DNA of 64,000 nucleotides. Origin: an uncultured Acidobacteriota bacterium (GTDB lineage Bacteria > Acidobacteriota > Thermoanaerobaculia > Multivoradales > UBA5704). The position numbers and the translations under genes are program-made. Below the pieces are notes generated by a model. The model was not told where the DNA came from. It did not search any database and worked only from the letters and a program-made list of their open reading frames with translations. Below are positions 1 through 7,906 of this stretch, one piece after another (position 1 is the first letter of the stretch; every line of letters starts with the position of its first letter). The stretch covers positions 1,760,001 to 1,824,000 of the forward strand of contig OY969474.1 of the NCBI GenBank assembly GCA_963700145.1, given 5' to 3'.

Positions 1-1957
1 TGAAGGCGGCCTCGGGGCGGATGAAGTAGTTGTCGCCGCCCAGGAAGCCCCCGGCGTACTCGACACCCAGGTTGAAGCGGCGGCCGCGGGTCGGCTCGAA
101 CGGGTTGTCGCGGCTGTCGTAGCTGTAGGCCGGACGCAGCGAGGAGTTGTCGATGGTGACGAAGCGCAGGGCCTGCGGGTCCGGGATCGGGTTGCCGACG
201 TCGTCGAAGAGGCGCTGGGTCTCGTCCTCGAGGACCGACCGCAGGTAGGTGACGCCCGCCTGCTGGAAAAGACCGAGCTGGCGGCCGTAGGTCACCGAGC
301 CGCCGCGGCTGCTGCGCCGGAACTGCTGGTCGCTGGCGACCCGGAAGTCGAGGTCCTGGTCGAAGGCGCGCACGCCGATCGACTGCGGCCGGTCGAGGAA
401 CCAGGGCACGTAGTAGGAGAGGTCGAAGTAGTCGCGGAAGCGGCCGGTCTGGAAGGCCAACCCCACCTGCTCGCCGCGCCCCAGGAAGTTCTTGGTGTTG
501 ATCGCGAACTGGCCGAAGAAGCCGTCGAGCTCGCTCCAGCCGCCGCCGAACTGCAGCTCCGTGCGCTCCTTCTCGGCGCCCTTGAACAGCAGGTGGACCT
601 GCTTGGCCTCGGTGTTCTGGTCGAAGGTGACCGGCTCCTCCTTGTCGAGCTCGAAGTAGCCGAGCTGGTTGATCTTGAAGATCGAGTTGCGCACCGCGCC
701 GATGTTGACGACGCCGCCCTCGTGCAGCCGCAGCTCGCGGCGCAGCACCTTGTCCATGGTGCGGTCGTTGCCCTCGAACTCGATGCGCCCGACCTTGAAC
801 TGCTCGCCCTCGCTGATCCGCACCACCAGGTCGGCGACGTTGCCCGGCTTCTCCACCAGCTCGCCGTCGACGCGGGCGAAGATGTAGCCGGTGTTGTGGT
901 AGGTCTCGGTGATCGCCTTGGTGCCGTCGTCGATCGCCTTCTGGCGCAGCCAGCTCCCCGAGCGGTGCTCGAAGGCGCGCAGCAGCGCCTGGTCGGTGTA
1001 GATCTCGTTGCCCTCGATCGACACCTCGCCGAACTTCCAGCGCTCGCCCTCCTCTATGGGGATGGTGATGAACATGCGGCGTTTTTCGCGAGGCGGCTTA
1101 CCGCCGCCGGGCCGGTCCTCGGGGGCGTTGGGGTTGCTGGCGCGGACGTCGATCTTGGGCTCGCCGATGACCACGTTCTTGTAGCCGGCGCCGCGGTAGA
1201 GGTCCCGCACCTTGTCGAGGTCCTCCTGCAGGCTGGCCGGGTTGTAGATGTCCTTCTTGGTGATGCGCGAGAGGATGCCGCTCTCGTTGGTCTTGCGCAT
1301 CAGGACGCGGAGGCGCGGGCCGGAGAAGACGGAGTTGCCCTCGAAGCCGATGTCGGCGATCCGCACCCGGTCGCCCTCGTCGACCTTGAAGACGACGCGC
1401 TTCTCGGTCGGGGTCAGCTCCTCGATCGTGTAGTCGGCGGTGGCGAAGCGGAAGCCCTTGTCGGCGTAGGCCTCCTCGATCATCTCCTTGACGCGGTACA
1501 GCTCGCCGAGGTTCAGCGGATCGCCTTCCTTCAGGCGGATGCCCTTGGCGGAGATGTCGTCGAGCAGGTCGTTGCGCGAGATGCGCTTCATCCCCTGGTA
1601 GTCCACCGACCGGATGGTCGGCCGCTCGACGACCGTGATCGTCAGGCGCACCCCCCCTTCCGGGGTGGGCTGGGCGTCCACCTGGATGTCGTCGATCAGG
1701 TTGCGGTCCCAGAGCGCCTTGACGTTCTGGTCCAGGCGCACCGGGTCGAGCGCCTGGAGGCGCTCGAGACCCAGGTAGTAGAGGAGGGTCTCCTCGGAGA
1801 GGGCACGCAGCCCCTGGAACTCGATCGCGTCGATCCGCTTGCCGGCCAGCGGCTCCTGGGCGAGGAGGCCCGGGGCGGGGAGCAGAAGGGCGGCGGAGAG
1901 TCCCCAGACCGCGAGGCGACGAACAAGGGACCAGCTCGGGAGTACGCGGGTCGTCAC
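1..1957 (-). CDS. bamA: Outer membrane protein assembly factor BamA (3' end runs off the window)
   Basis: Manual minus-strand translation from GTG 1957 (SD-like GAGGTG upstream) gives a signal peptide, POTRA-like repeats (IDAIEFQGLRALSEETLLYYL) and the barrel start GGGWSELDGFFGQFAINTKNFLGRGE. Missing from the ORF track because it has no stop in the window. Confidence 0.93.
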   Translation of the reverse strand, partial: MTTRVLPSWSLVRRLAVWGLSAALLLPAPGLLAQEPLAGKRIDAIEFQGLRALSEETLLYYLGLERLQALDPVRLDQNVKALWDRNLIDDIQVDAQPTPEGGVRLTITVVERPTIRSVDYQGMKRISRNDLLDDISAKGIRLKEGDPLNLGELYRVKEMIEEAYADKGFRFATADYTIEELTPTEKRVVFKVDEGDRVRIADIGFEGNSVFSGPRLRVLMRKTNESGILSRITKKDIYNPASLQEDLDKVRDLYRGAGYKNVVIGEPKIDVRASNPNAPEDRPGGGKPPREKRRMFITIPIEEGERWKFGEVSIEGNEIYTDQALLRAFEHRSGSWLRQKAIDDGTKAITETYHNTGYIFARVDGELVEKPGNVADLVVRISEGEQFKVGRIEFEGNDRTMDKVLRRELRLHEGGVVNIGAVRNSIFKINQLGYFELDKEEPVTFDQNTEAKQVHLLFKGAEKERTELQFGGGWSELDGFFGQFAINTKNFLGRGEQVGLAFQTGRFRDYFDLSYYVPWFLDRPQSIGVRAFDQDLDFRVASDQQFRRSSRGGSVTYGRQLGLFQQAGVTYLRSVLEDETQRLFDDVGNPIPDPQALRFVTIDNSSLRPAYSYDSRDNPFEPTRGRRFNLGVEYAGGFLGGDNYFIRPEAAF

Positions 1958-2114
1958 GGCTTTCACCTCATGGAGTCGGTTTTGCCCCCGGCCAGACCCG
2001 GCCGCCGGGGGCTCCTGGAATGTCGGGGGGAAGCTTAGCAGGGTTGGGTGCTCGGGGCGTCGTTCGCCCTATACTGGAAATCACTAAGAAACCATCCTGG
2101 CCCGGCTGCGAGAC

Positions 2115-2732
2115 ATGGACGTCGAGAACACCACGGGTTTGGTGCGAGAGGCCCTCGCCGGCGATCCGGCCGCCTTGAACCGGCTGGTGGCCTGCCTGAC
2201 ACCCGTCGTCCAGGCCCGCGTGGCGAGGACCCTGCTCCGCCAGTCGCACCTCGGCGGCGGCCGCAACGTTCGCCAGGAGGTCGAAGACCTGACCCAGGAG
2301 ATCTTCCTTTCGCTCTTCGCCAACGGCGGGCGCGTGCTGCGCCGCTGGCAGCGCGAGCGCGGTCTGTCGCTGCACAACTTCGTCGGGCTGGTGAGCGAGC
2401 GTCTGGTGGCGTCGGCCCTGCGCAGCGGCAAGCGGAACCCGTGGAAAGAGGAGCCCACGCCGACGGAGAACCTCGACGCGGCGGCGCTCGACAACGGACC
2501 GGAAGAGGTCACGGCGAGCCGCGAGGAGCTGCGCCTCCTGCTCGACGGGCTGCGGGAGCAGTTGAGCCCGCTGGGCCGCCAGCTCTTCGAGCTCCTCTTC
2601 GTCCAGGAGCTGTCGGTGCCGGAGACGATGGCCGCCAGCGGCTTGTCCGCCGACGCGATCTACGCCTGGCGGAGCCGTCTGCGCCGCCTCGCTCGCGAGC
2701 TGCTGGCCGAGCTGTCAGGAAAGAGTACGTAG
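2115..2732 (+). CDS. ECF-type RNA polymerase sigma factor
   Basis: 205 aa. Region 2 VEDLTQEIFLSLF and region 4 LSVPETMAASGLSADAIYAWRSRLRR; N-terminal ALAGDPAALNRLV is typical of ECF sigmas. Confidence 0.9.
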   Translation: MDVENTTGLVREALAGDPAALNRLVACLTPVVQARVARTLLRQSHLGGGRNVRQEVEDLTQEIFLSLFANGGRVLRRWQRERGLSLHNFVGLVSERLVASALRSGKRNPWKEEPTPTENLDAAALDNGPEEVTASREELRLLLDGLREQLSPLGRQLFELLFVQELSVPETMAASGLSADAIYAWRSRLRRLARELLAELSGKST

Positions 2733-2742
2733 GCGCGAAAGA
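2713..2742 (+). promoter_or_regulatory. Putative ECF promoter copy 1 (TGTCAG-N17-CGAAAGA), overlapping the sigma stop codon
   Basis: TGTCAGGAAAGAGTACGTAGGCGCGAAAGACC, 19 nt upstream of ATG 2762; same spacing as copies at 6125 and 7853. Confidence 0.7.
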
Positions 2743-2761
2743 CCAGGAAGGATGGAGCAGG

Positions 2762-3538
2762 ATGAGCGAGGACCGGCTATTGCGCGATCTAGGGCACCTG
2801 GCGCGGGAGGAGAGCGAGGCCGAGCAGAGACGCCTCGACGAGCGCTGGGATCGGCTGGCCGCCGGGACGCTGAGCGCGGAGGAAGAGGCGGAGCTGCGCG
2901 CCCTCGCCGAAGCTTCACCCGAAGCCCGCCGGGCGTTTGAAGCCTTCCGGCCGCTCGGCGCCGACTTCCAGGCGCGCGTGGTGGAGGCGATCCGCGCGCA
3001 GGAGCAGGCCGGTAAGTCGGCGAAGCTCTTGCCCTGGCGACAGCACGCTCCCCGTGTCGCCGCCTGGGGCACCGCGGCGGCCGCGGCCGCCGCCTCTCTG
3101 ATGATGCTCCTGCGCCCGCTGGCGCCGCTGCCCGGCTATGCGCTGGCCGAGATCAGCGGCGGCTCCCGCGCGCTGCGGGGGGAGGCGATGGAGGTGCAGG
3201 AGTTCGCGCCGGGCGACGACTTCCAGGTGGTCCTCCGCCCGGAGACCCAGGTCGCGCGGGCGAGGTCCCTGACGACGCAGGCCTTCCTGCTCCGCGGCGC
3301 GGAGCTGCGCGACCTGACGGTGCGGAGCCACGTCGAGCCCAGCGGCGCGGTCAAGCTGGAAGGCTCGCTCGACGACGATCTCCCACCCGGGACCTGGACC
3401 CTCTGGGCGGTCGTCGGCCGGCGGGGCGAGCTGCCGGACCCCGAGGCGCTGCGGTCCCTGGCCGCGCGATCGACGGTCCGGGAACGAGACTGGGTGGCGG
3501 TCCGGACGACCGTCCGGGTCCGTCCCCGGGCACCCTAG
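2762..3538 (+). CDS. Putative membrane-anchored anti-sigma factor
   Basis: ATG 2762 with GGAG SD, inside track ORF 2048..3538. Helical acidic N-terminus (WDRLAAGTLSAEEEAEL), one hydrophobic segment (VAAWGTAAAAAAASLMMLL) and a beta-rich C-terminal domain; directly downstream of the ECF sigma. Confidence 0.7.
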   Translation: MSEDRLLRDLGHLAREESEAEQRRLDERWDRLAAGTLSAEEEAELRALAEASPEARRAFEAFRPLGADFQARVVEAIRAQEQAGKSAKLLPWRQHAPRVAAWGTAAAAAAASLMMLLRPLAPLPGYALAEISGGSRALRGEAMEVQEFAPGDDFQVVLRPETQVARARSLTTQAFLLRGAELRDLTVRSHVEPSGAVKLEGSLDDDLPPGTWTLWAVVGRRGELPDPEALRSLAARSTVRERDWVAVRTTVRVRPRAP

Positions 3539-3540
3539 CC

Positions 3541-6096
3541 GTGCCGCCGCTTCGCTGCCGCAGCGTCTTCTTCCTCCTCTTCGCGCTCGGCACGGCCTGT
3601 GCCTCCCCGCCAAGCTCGCCTCCGCCGGAGGTGGAGTACGCGGGCTGCGCAGCCGTGCTCGTGCCGGGGCCGGTCTGCGTCCTGGGACCGGAACGGGAGC
3701 TCCGGCTCTGGGTCGGCGCTCCGCCGGAGGCGCGGATCGAGCTCCGAGCCGACGGCGGGCCGCTCGACGCCGCGGCAGAGGCCGTTCAGGAGGGGCAGCG
3801 GTTCGCCCTCACCCTGCCCTCCGGGGTGAAGAGCCTGGAAGTGATCGTCGCGGCCGAGGAGGGGCGGACGACGTGGTCCCTGCCCCTCGTGGAGAGGAAG
3901 GGCGAGGGGCCCGGAGGGCCGCCGGCGGGGCAAGGCACGTCCCGCGACCTGCGGCGCCAGGTCGCAGAGACGCTGATGCGCGTGCACGGCGAGGTCCAGG
4001 ACCGCAAGCTCGCCGCCGCCCGCGAGCTGCTGCACGCCATTCGCCTCCCGCCCAAGGCGCCGGCGGAATCCCGCTATCAAGTGGCCTACTACCGCGGGCT
4101 GCTCGCGGCCAAGAACGGGGACTACCGCGCGGCGCTAGCCGAAGTGCAAGACGCCGTGGTCATCGCCAAGCGGGTAAAGCTGGAGCGCGAGCATCGCCTG
4201 GCGGAAGAAGAGCTGGCCCTGCTCCTGCTCGGAGTAGGCCGGTCGCGCGAGGCCGCCGAGCTCCTCGACCGCCTGCGCCGGACGCCGCATTCCGCGAACC
4301 CTTGCGAGGAAGCCAACCTCCTCAGCAACCAGGCCTGGGCGACGCTGCTGGCTCGCGAGGCCGGCGAGGGCCTGGACGATCCCACGCTTCTCTTCGAGCG
4401 CGCGCTGGCGACGTACGCGACCTGCGAGAGCGCCACGCCCGCGCACGGGGCCAACGTCCTGCTCAATTTGGCGCTGGCTCACCTGCAGGAAGACCGCGTG
4501 GCGCAAGCCAAGGAAGCCCTGGCCCGGGCGCACCGGCTCGAGCCTCATCCGTCCGTCCCTCTCAGGCTCTGGCGGCTCGATCTGGAGGCGCGGATCGCCT
4601 TGCGCGAGGGGCGGCCCGCCGCGGCGCTGGCTCGGTTCGACGAGCTGGCGGAGCTCGCTCTCGAGACCAGCTCCGCCGACGGCCGGCTGCGGGCCGCGTT
4701 CGGGCAGGCGCAGTCGCACGAGGCCCTCGGGGATCGCGCCGCGGCCCTGGAGACGCTCGGCCGGGCCGAGGCCCTGCTGGACGAGCAGAGCCTCCAGATC
4801 CCCGTGCAGGAAGGGCGGGAGACCTTCCTGGCGACGCGCCAGGCTCTGGTGAGCCTGCACGTCGCGATCCTCCTCGACCAGGGCCGCCAGGCCCGGGCCC
4901 TGGACCTGGCGCGCCACGCCCGGTCGCGGGTGCTGCGGCAGCTGGAGCGCGGCGACCGGCTGGCGAGCCTGACGCCGGACCGGCGGGCCCGCTGGGAGCG
5001 GCTTCTTCTGAGCTACAAGGAGAGGCGCACGGCCCTGGAGGAGCGAGCGAGAGACGACTGGAAGCTGCCCGGCGACCAGCTCCGCCGGGAGCAGGCCGCG
5101 AGAAAGGCGGGGGCGGAGACCGCGAAGAGGGATCTGGACCAAGCCTTCCTGATGCTCGAAGACCCGGGAGCGCCACTGGAAGGGAGACCGCCGCTGCCGC
5201 GACCCGGAGAGCTGGTCCTCGCCTATCAATCGCTGCCTGACGGCTGGGTCGGCTTCGCGGCCAATGGAGAGACCGTCGCGGCGCACCGCTTCGAGCTGCC
5301 GCCGGAGGTCCTGTCCCGGCCCGAGGAGCTTTCCCGGCGGCTGCTCCTGCCGTTCAGCGGTTCGATCCGGCAGGCCCGGCGGATCCGCATCCTGCCCAGC
5401 GGCCCGCTGCGGGGCGTCGATTTCCATGCGCTGCCGTTCGACGGGGACGTCCTCCTGGCGAGCGCTCCCGTCGTCTATGGGCTGGACCTTCCCGTGTCCG
5501 CGGGCCCCGCGGAGCCTTCCGGGCGGCGCGCCCTCCTGGTGGCCGACCCCCGGGGCGACCTGGCGGGCGCGCTCGCGGAGGCGCGAGCGGTCCGCAAGGT
5601 CCTGGCATCCGGCTCACAGCCCTGGACCACCACGGAGCTGGAGCACGCGGCGGCTTCGGCGGACGCCGTGCGCGGCCGCCTGGCCGCCGCCGATCTCCTC
5701 CACTACGCCGGCCACGGCACCTTCTCGGGGTTCGGCGGCTGGGAGAGCGGCCTGCTCCTGGCCGAGGAGACCCAGTTGACCCTCGGCGACCTCCTGGCGC
5801 TCCAGCGGGTGCCGGCCTGGGTCGTCCTTTCCGCCTGTGACACCGGCCGGTCGTCCGCCGAGACCCCCGTCGAGAGCCTCGGCCTGGCCCACGCCTTCCT
5901 CCTCGCCGGCTCGCGGGCCGTCGTCGCCTCCACCCGGCCTGCCGACGACCGCACGGTGCCGGCGTTCTTCACCGACCTGTACCGGCAGTGGAGGCTGGAG
6001 CCGGACCTCGCCGTGGCGCTGCAGCGCGCCCAGCTCGCCTGGCGGCAGCGGAGTCACGGAGCGGACTGGGCGGGCTTCCGCCTGTTCGAGCCCTGA
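3541..6096 (+). CDS. TPR-CHAT (caspase-like) protease with lipoprotein signal
   Basis: 851 aa. Catalytic dyad motifs LHYAGHG and VLSACDTG, CHAT C-terminus DWAGFRL, Ala/Leu-rich TPR-like helices and N-terminal FFLLFALGTA-C lipobox. Confidence 0.9.
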   Translation: MPPLRCRSVFFLLFALGTACASPPSSPPPEVEYAGCAAVLVPGPVCVLGPERELRLWVGAPPEARIELRADGGPLDAAAEAVQEGQRFALTLPSGVKSLEVIVAAEEGRTTWSLPLVERKGEGPGGPPAGQGTSRDLRRQVAETLMRVHGEVQDRKLAAARELLHAIRLPPKAPAESRYQVAYYRGLLAAKNGDYRAALAEVQDAVVIAKRVKLEREHRLAEEELALLLLGVGRSREAAELLDRLRRTPHSANPCEEANLLSNQAWATLLAREAGEGLDDPTLLFERALATYATCESATPAHGANVLLNLALAHLQEDRVAQAKEALARAHRLEPHPSVPLRLWRLDLEARIALREGRPAAALARFDELAELALETSSADGRLRAAFGQAQSHEALGDRAAALETLGRAEALLDEQSLQIPVQEGRETFLATRQALVSLHVAILLDQGRQARALDLARHARSRVLRQLERGDRLASLTPDRRARWERLLLSYKERRTALEERARDDWKLPGDQLRREQAARKAGAETAKRDLDQAFLMLEDPGAPLEGRPPLPRPGELVLAYQSLPDGWVGFAANGETVAAHRFELPPEVLSRPEELSRRLLLPFSGSIRQARRIRILPSGPLRGVDFHALPFDGDVLLASAPVVYGLDLPVSAGPAEPSGRRALLVADPRGDLAGALAEARAVRKVLASGSQPWTTTELEHAAASADAVRGRLAAADLLHYAGHGTFSGFGGWESGLLLAEETQLTLGDLLALQRVPAWVVLSACDTGRSSAETPVESLGLAHAFLLAGSRAVVASTRPADDRTVPAFFTDLYRQWRLEPDLAVALQRAQLAWRQRSHGADWAGFRLFEP

Positions 6097-6124
6097 GCGC
6101 CCGGCCCGCCACGCCGCCTGCCTC

Positions 6125-6154
6125 TGTCAGAAACCGCGCCCCGGCGGCGAAGGA
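6125..6154 (+). promoter_or_regulatory. Putative ECF promoter copy 2 (TGTCAG-N17-CGAAGGA)
   Basis: TGTCAGAAACCGCGCCCCGGCGGCGAAGGATC in the intergenic gap upstream of the S8 peptidase. Confidence 0.72.
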
Positions 6155-6191
6155 TCATTGCGTCTGCGTCAAAAACCAAGGAGATCGGACC

Positions 6192-7763
6192 ATGAGGACC
6201 AAGCAACTGTTCTGGATCGCTCCCCTGTTCGCGATCGCGATGAGCTCCTGCACGACGCTGCGGCCACAGCCGATGGACACCGCCCAGGCCTGCGCCAGCT
6301 GGCGGTGGATCGGGATCAGCCGGCCCGAAGCCAAGTGCCCGGAGGTCCCGGGCTGGACCGTGCAACCACTGTTTACCTCGATTCGGGAGAAGCCGGCGGA
6401 CGACTGCGGGAAGAAAGACGACAAGGACGACAAGAAGGTGCTCGCCTTCGCCCCCGCCCCCGGGCTGATCCGGGAGCTCAATCGTTTTTGCGTGTACGAG
6501 GCCTCGCCGCAGTCGCTTGGGGGCGCTCCGCTCCCGCCGCCCGCGAGCGCCGAGCTGGTGCGGATCGATCGGGACTGCGCGGCCCTGTCGGCCTCCGGCG
6601 AGAACCATATGAGGTGGCCCTGGGGCAACTTCTACCGGCGCCTCCTCAACCAGGCCGGCATCCCGGGGGAAACCTTCACGATCGACAACCCGTTCGGCGT
6701 GCGGCTGGCCTTTCTGGACACCGAGCCGACGCGCGAAGAGATCCCCCGGCGACAGGGCCGCTCGCCGCACGGCTACGCGCTCGCCCACATCGCCCGCCAC
6801 CTGGTGTGCCCGAGAGGGAGCTGTGCGGCGCGGATCACCACCCAGCTCGCGCTCCCGATCGTCGAGTTCGACCCGCAGAGCCGGGAGCTCACCAAGGTCG
6901 ACACCGAGCGTGGGGGCTTTATCGGCATGCAGAGCACTCTCGCCCAGGCCATCTGGAGCGAAGTGGACGCCTGGCAGAGGGACCGGCGGCAGGAGCATCT
7001 CGTTCTCAACCTGTCGCTGGCCTGGGACGGCGAGCTCTTCAGCGGCCTCGACGAGCAGCAGGTCGAGGAGATGAAGGCGGGAACGCAGGCCGTTTATCGT
7101 GCCCTGCAGTACGCGTCGGACTTCGACGTCCTCGTGGTTGCCGCCGCGGGCAATATCAAGGGCGAGCCCTGCGCCAACTTCGGGCCTCTCTTGCCGGCTG
7201 CCTGGGAAGGGCGATGTGAGAAGGGAGCGCCACGCCTCTACGCCGTAGGCGGGGTGGATGCGAAGGGTCATCCCCTGGTCAACGCCCGCCCGGGCGGCAT
7301 GCCGCGGCGGGTCGCGTACGCCGACGACGCCGTGGCGGCATGCCCCAGCCGCAGGGGACGCACGGCAAGGCTCACCGGCAGCTCGGTCGCGGCGGCCGTC
7401 GTCGCGTCGATCGCTTCCGTCGTGTGGGCCGCCTACCCCGATCGCAGCTCCGGCGAGATCATGGACATGCTCGATGCGAGCGGCGAGGAGCTGCCCATGG
7501 CGGCGGACTTCTGGCGCAGGAGCGCCTCCGCATCTCCTGCCCATCCCAGGGTCCACAAGCTGTCGCTCTGCAACGCGCTCGCGACGGCCTGCGACGAATA
7601 CGGGTGCGCGTCCAAGCCCTCGTGCGCCACGCATGCGCCCGAGCCTCCCGATCCCTGGCGCCCTCTCTACACCAGGACCTGGCGGCGCGGCTCCTGTCAG
7701 CCGTGGCTCTACCCCCAGCCCGAGGTCGATCCTTGTCCGGTCTGCCCGCCGTGGAAGCCTTGA
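6192..7763 (+). CDS. S8 (subtilisin-like) serine peptidase, Cys-rich lipoprotein
   Basis: ATG 6192 with AAGGAG SD; lipobox AMSS-C; triad-like motifs LAFLDT (Asp), PHGYALA (His), VAAAGN (oxyanion Asn) and TGSSVAAAVVA (Ser). Confidence 0.8.
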   Translation: MRTKQLFWIAPLFAIAMSSCTTLRPQPMDTAQACASWRWIGISRPEAKCPEVPGWTVQPLFTSIREKPADDCGKKDDKDDKKVLAFAPAPGLIRELNRFCVYEASPQSLGGAPLPPPASAELVRIDRDCAALSASGENHMRWPWGNFYRRLLNQAGIPGETFTIDNPFGVRLAFLDTEPTREEIPRRQGRSPHGYALAHIARHLVCPRGSCAARITTQLALPIVEFDPQSRELTKVDTERGGFIGMQSTLAQAIWSEVDAWQRDRRQEHLVLNLSLAWDGELFSGLDEQQVEEMKAGTQAVYRALQYASDFDVLVVAAAGNIKGEPCANFGPLLPAAWEGRCEKGAPRLYAVGGVDAKGHPLVNARPGGMPRRVAYADDAVAACPSRRGRTARLTGSSVAAAVVASIASVVWAAYPDRSSGEIMDMLDASGEELPMAADFWRRSASASPAHPRVHKLSLCNALATACDEYGCASKPSCATHAPEPPDPWRPLYTRTWRRGSCQPWLYPQPEVDPCPVCPPWKP

Positions 7764-7852
7764 CCACGGCACCGACGAGCCTCCTTCTCTAACACTGCGC
7801 CGGCTGTGCGTCTCCCGCCAGCCGGCGCGTTTCCTCTTCCGACTGCCTCGGT

Positions 7853-7882
7853 TGTCAGAAATCCGCCGCCGGCCGCGAAGGA
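7853..7882 (+). promoter_or_regulatory. Putative ECF promoter copy 3 (TGTCAG-N17-CGAAGGA)
   Basis: TGTCAGAAATCCGCCGCCGGCCGCGAAGGACC, followed by SD GGGAGG and ATG 7907. Confidence 0.72.
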
Positions 7883-7906
7883 CCTCCACAAAGGGAGGAT
7901 TTCGCC

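Noticed and set aside
593-2038. 481-aa plus-strand ORF
   Set aside because: Antisense shadow of bamA, typical of high-GC DNA.
2115-6096. Type III-E CRISPR (Craspase) locus
   Set aside because: There is no Cas7-11, no array and no recognisable Csx30/Csx31; the CHAT has an export signal, so only the regulatory logic is analogous.
7695-7725. Additional TGTCAG hexamer as an ECF promoter
   Set aside because: Intragenic and lacks CGAA at the 17-nt spacing; the scan was by eye and not exhaustive.
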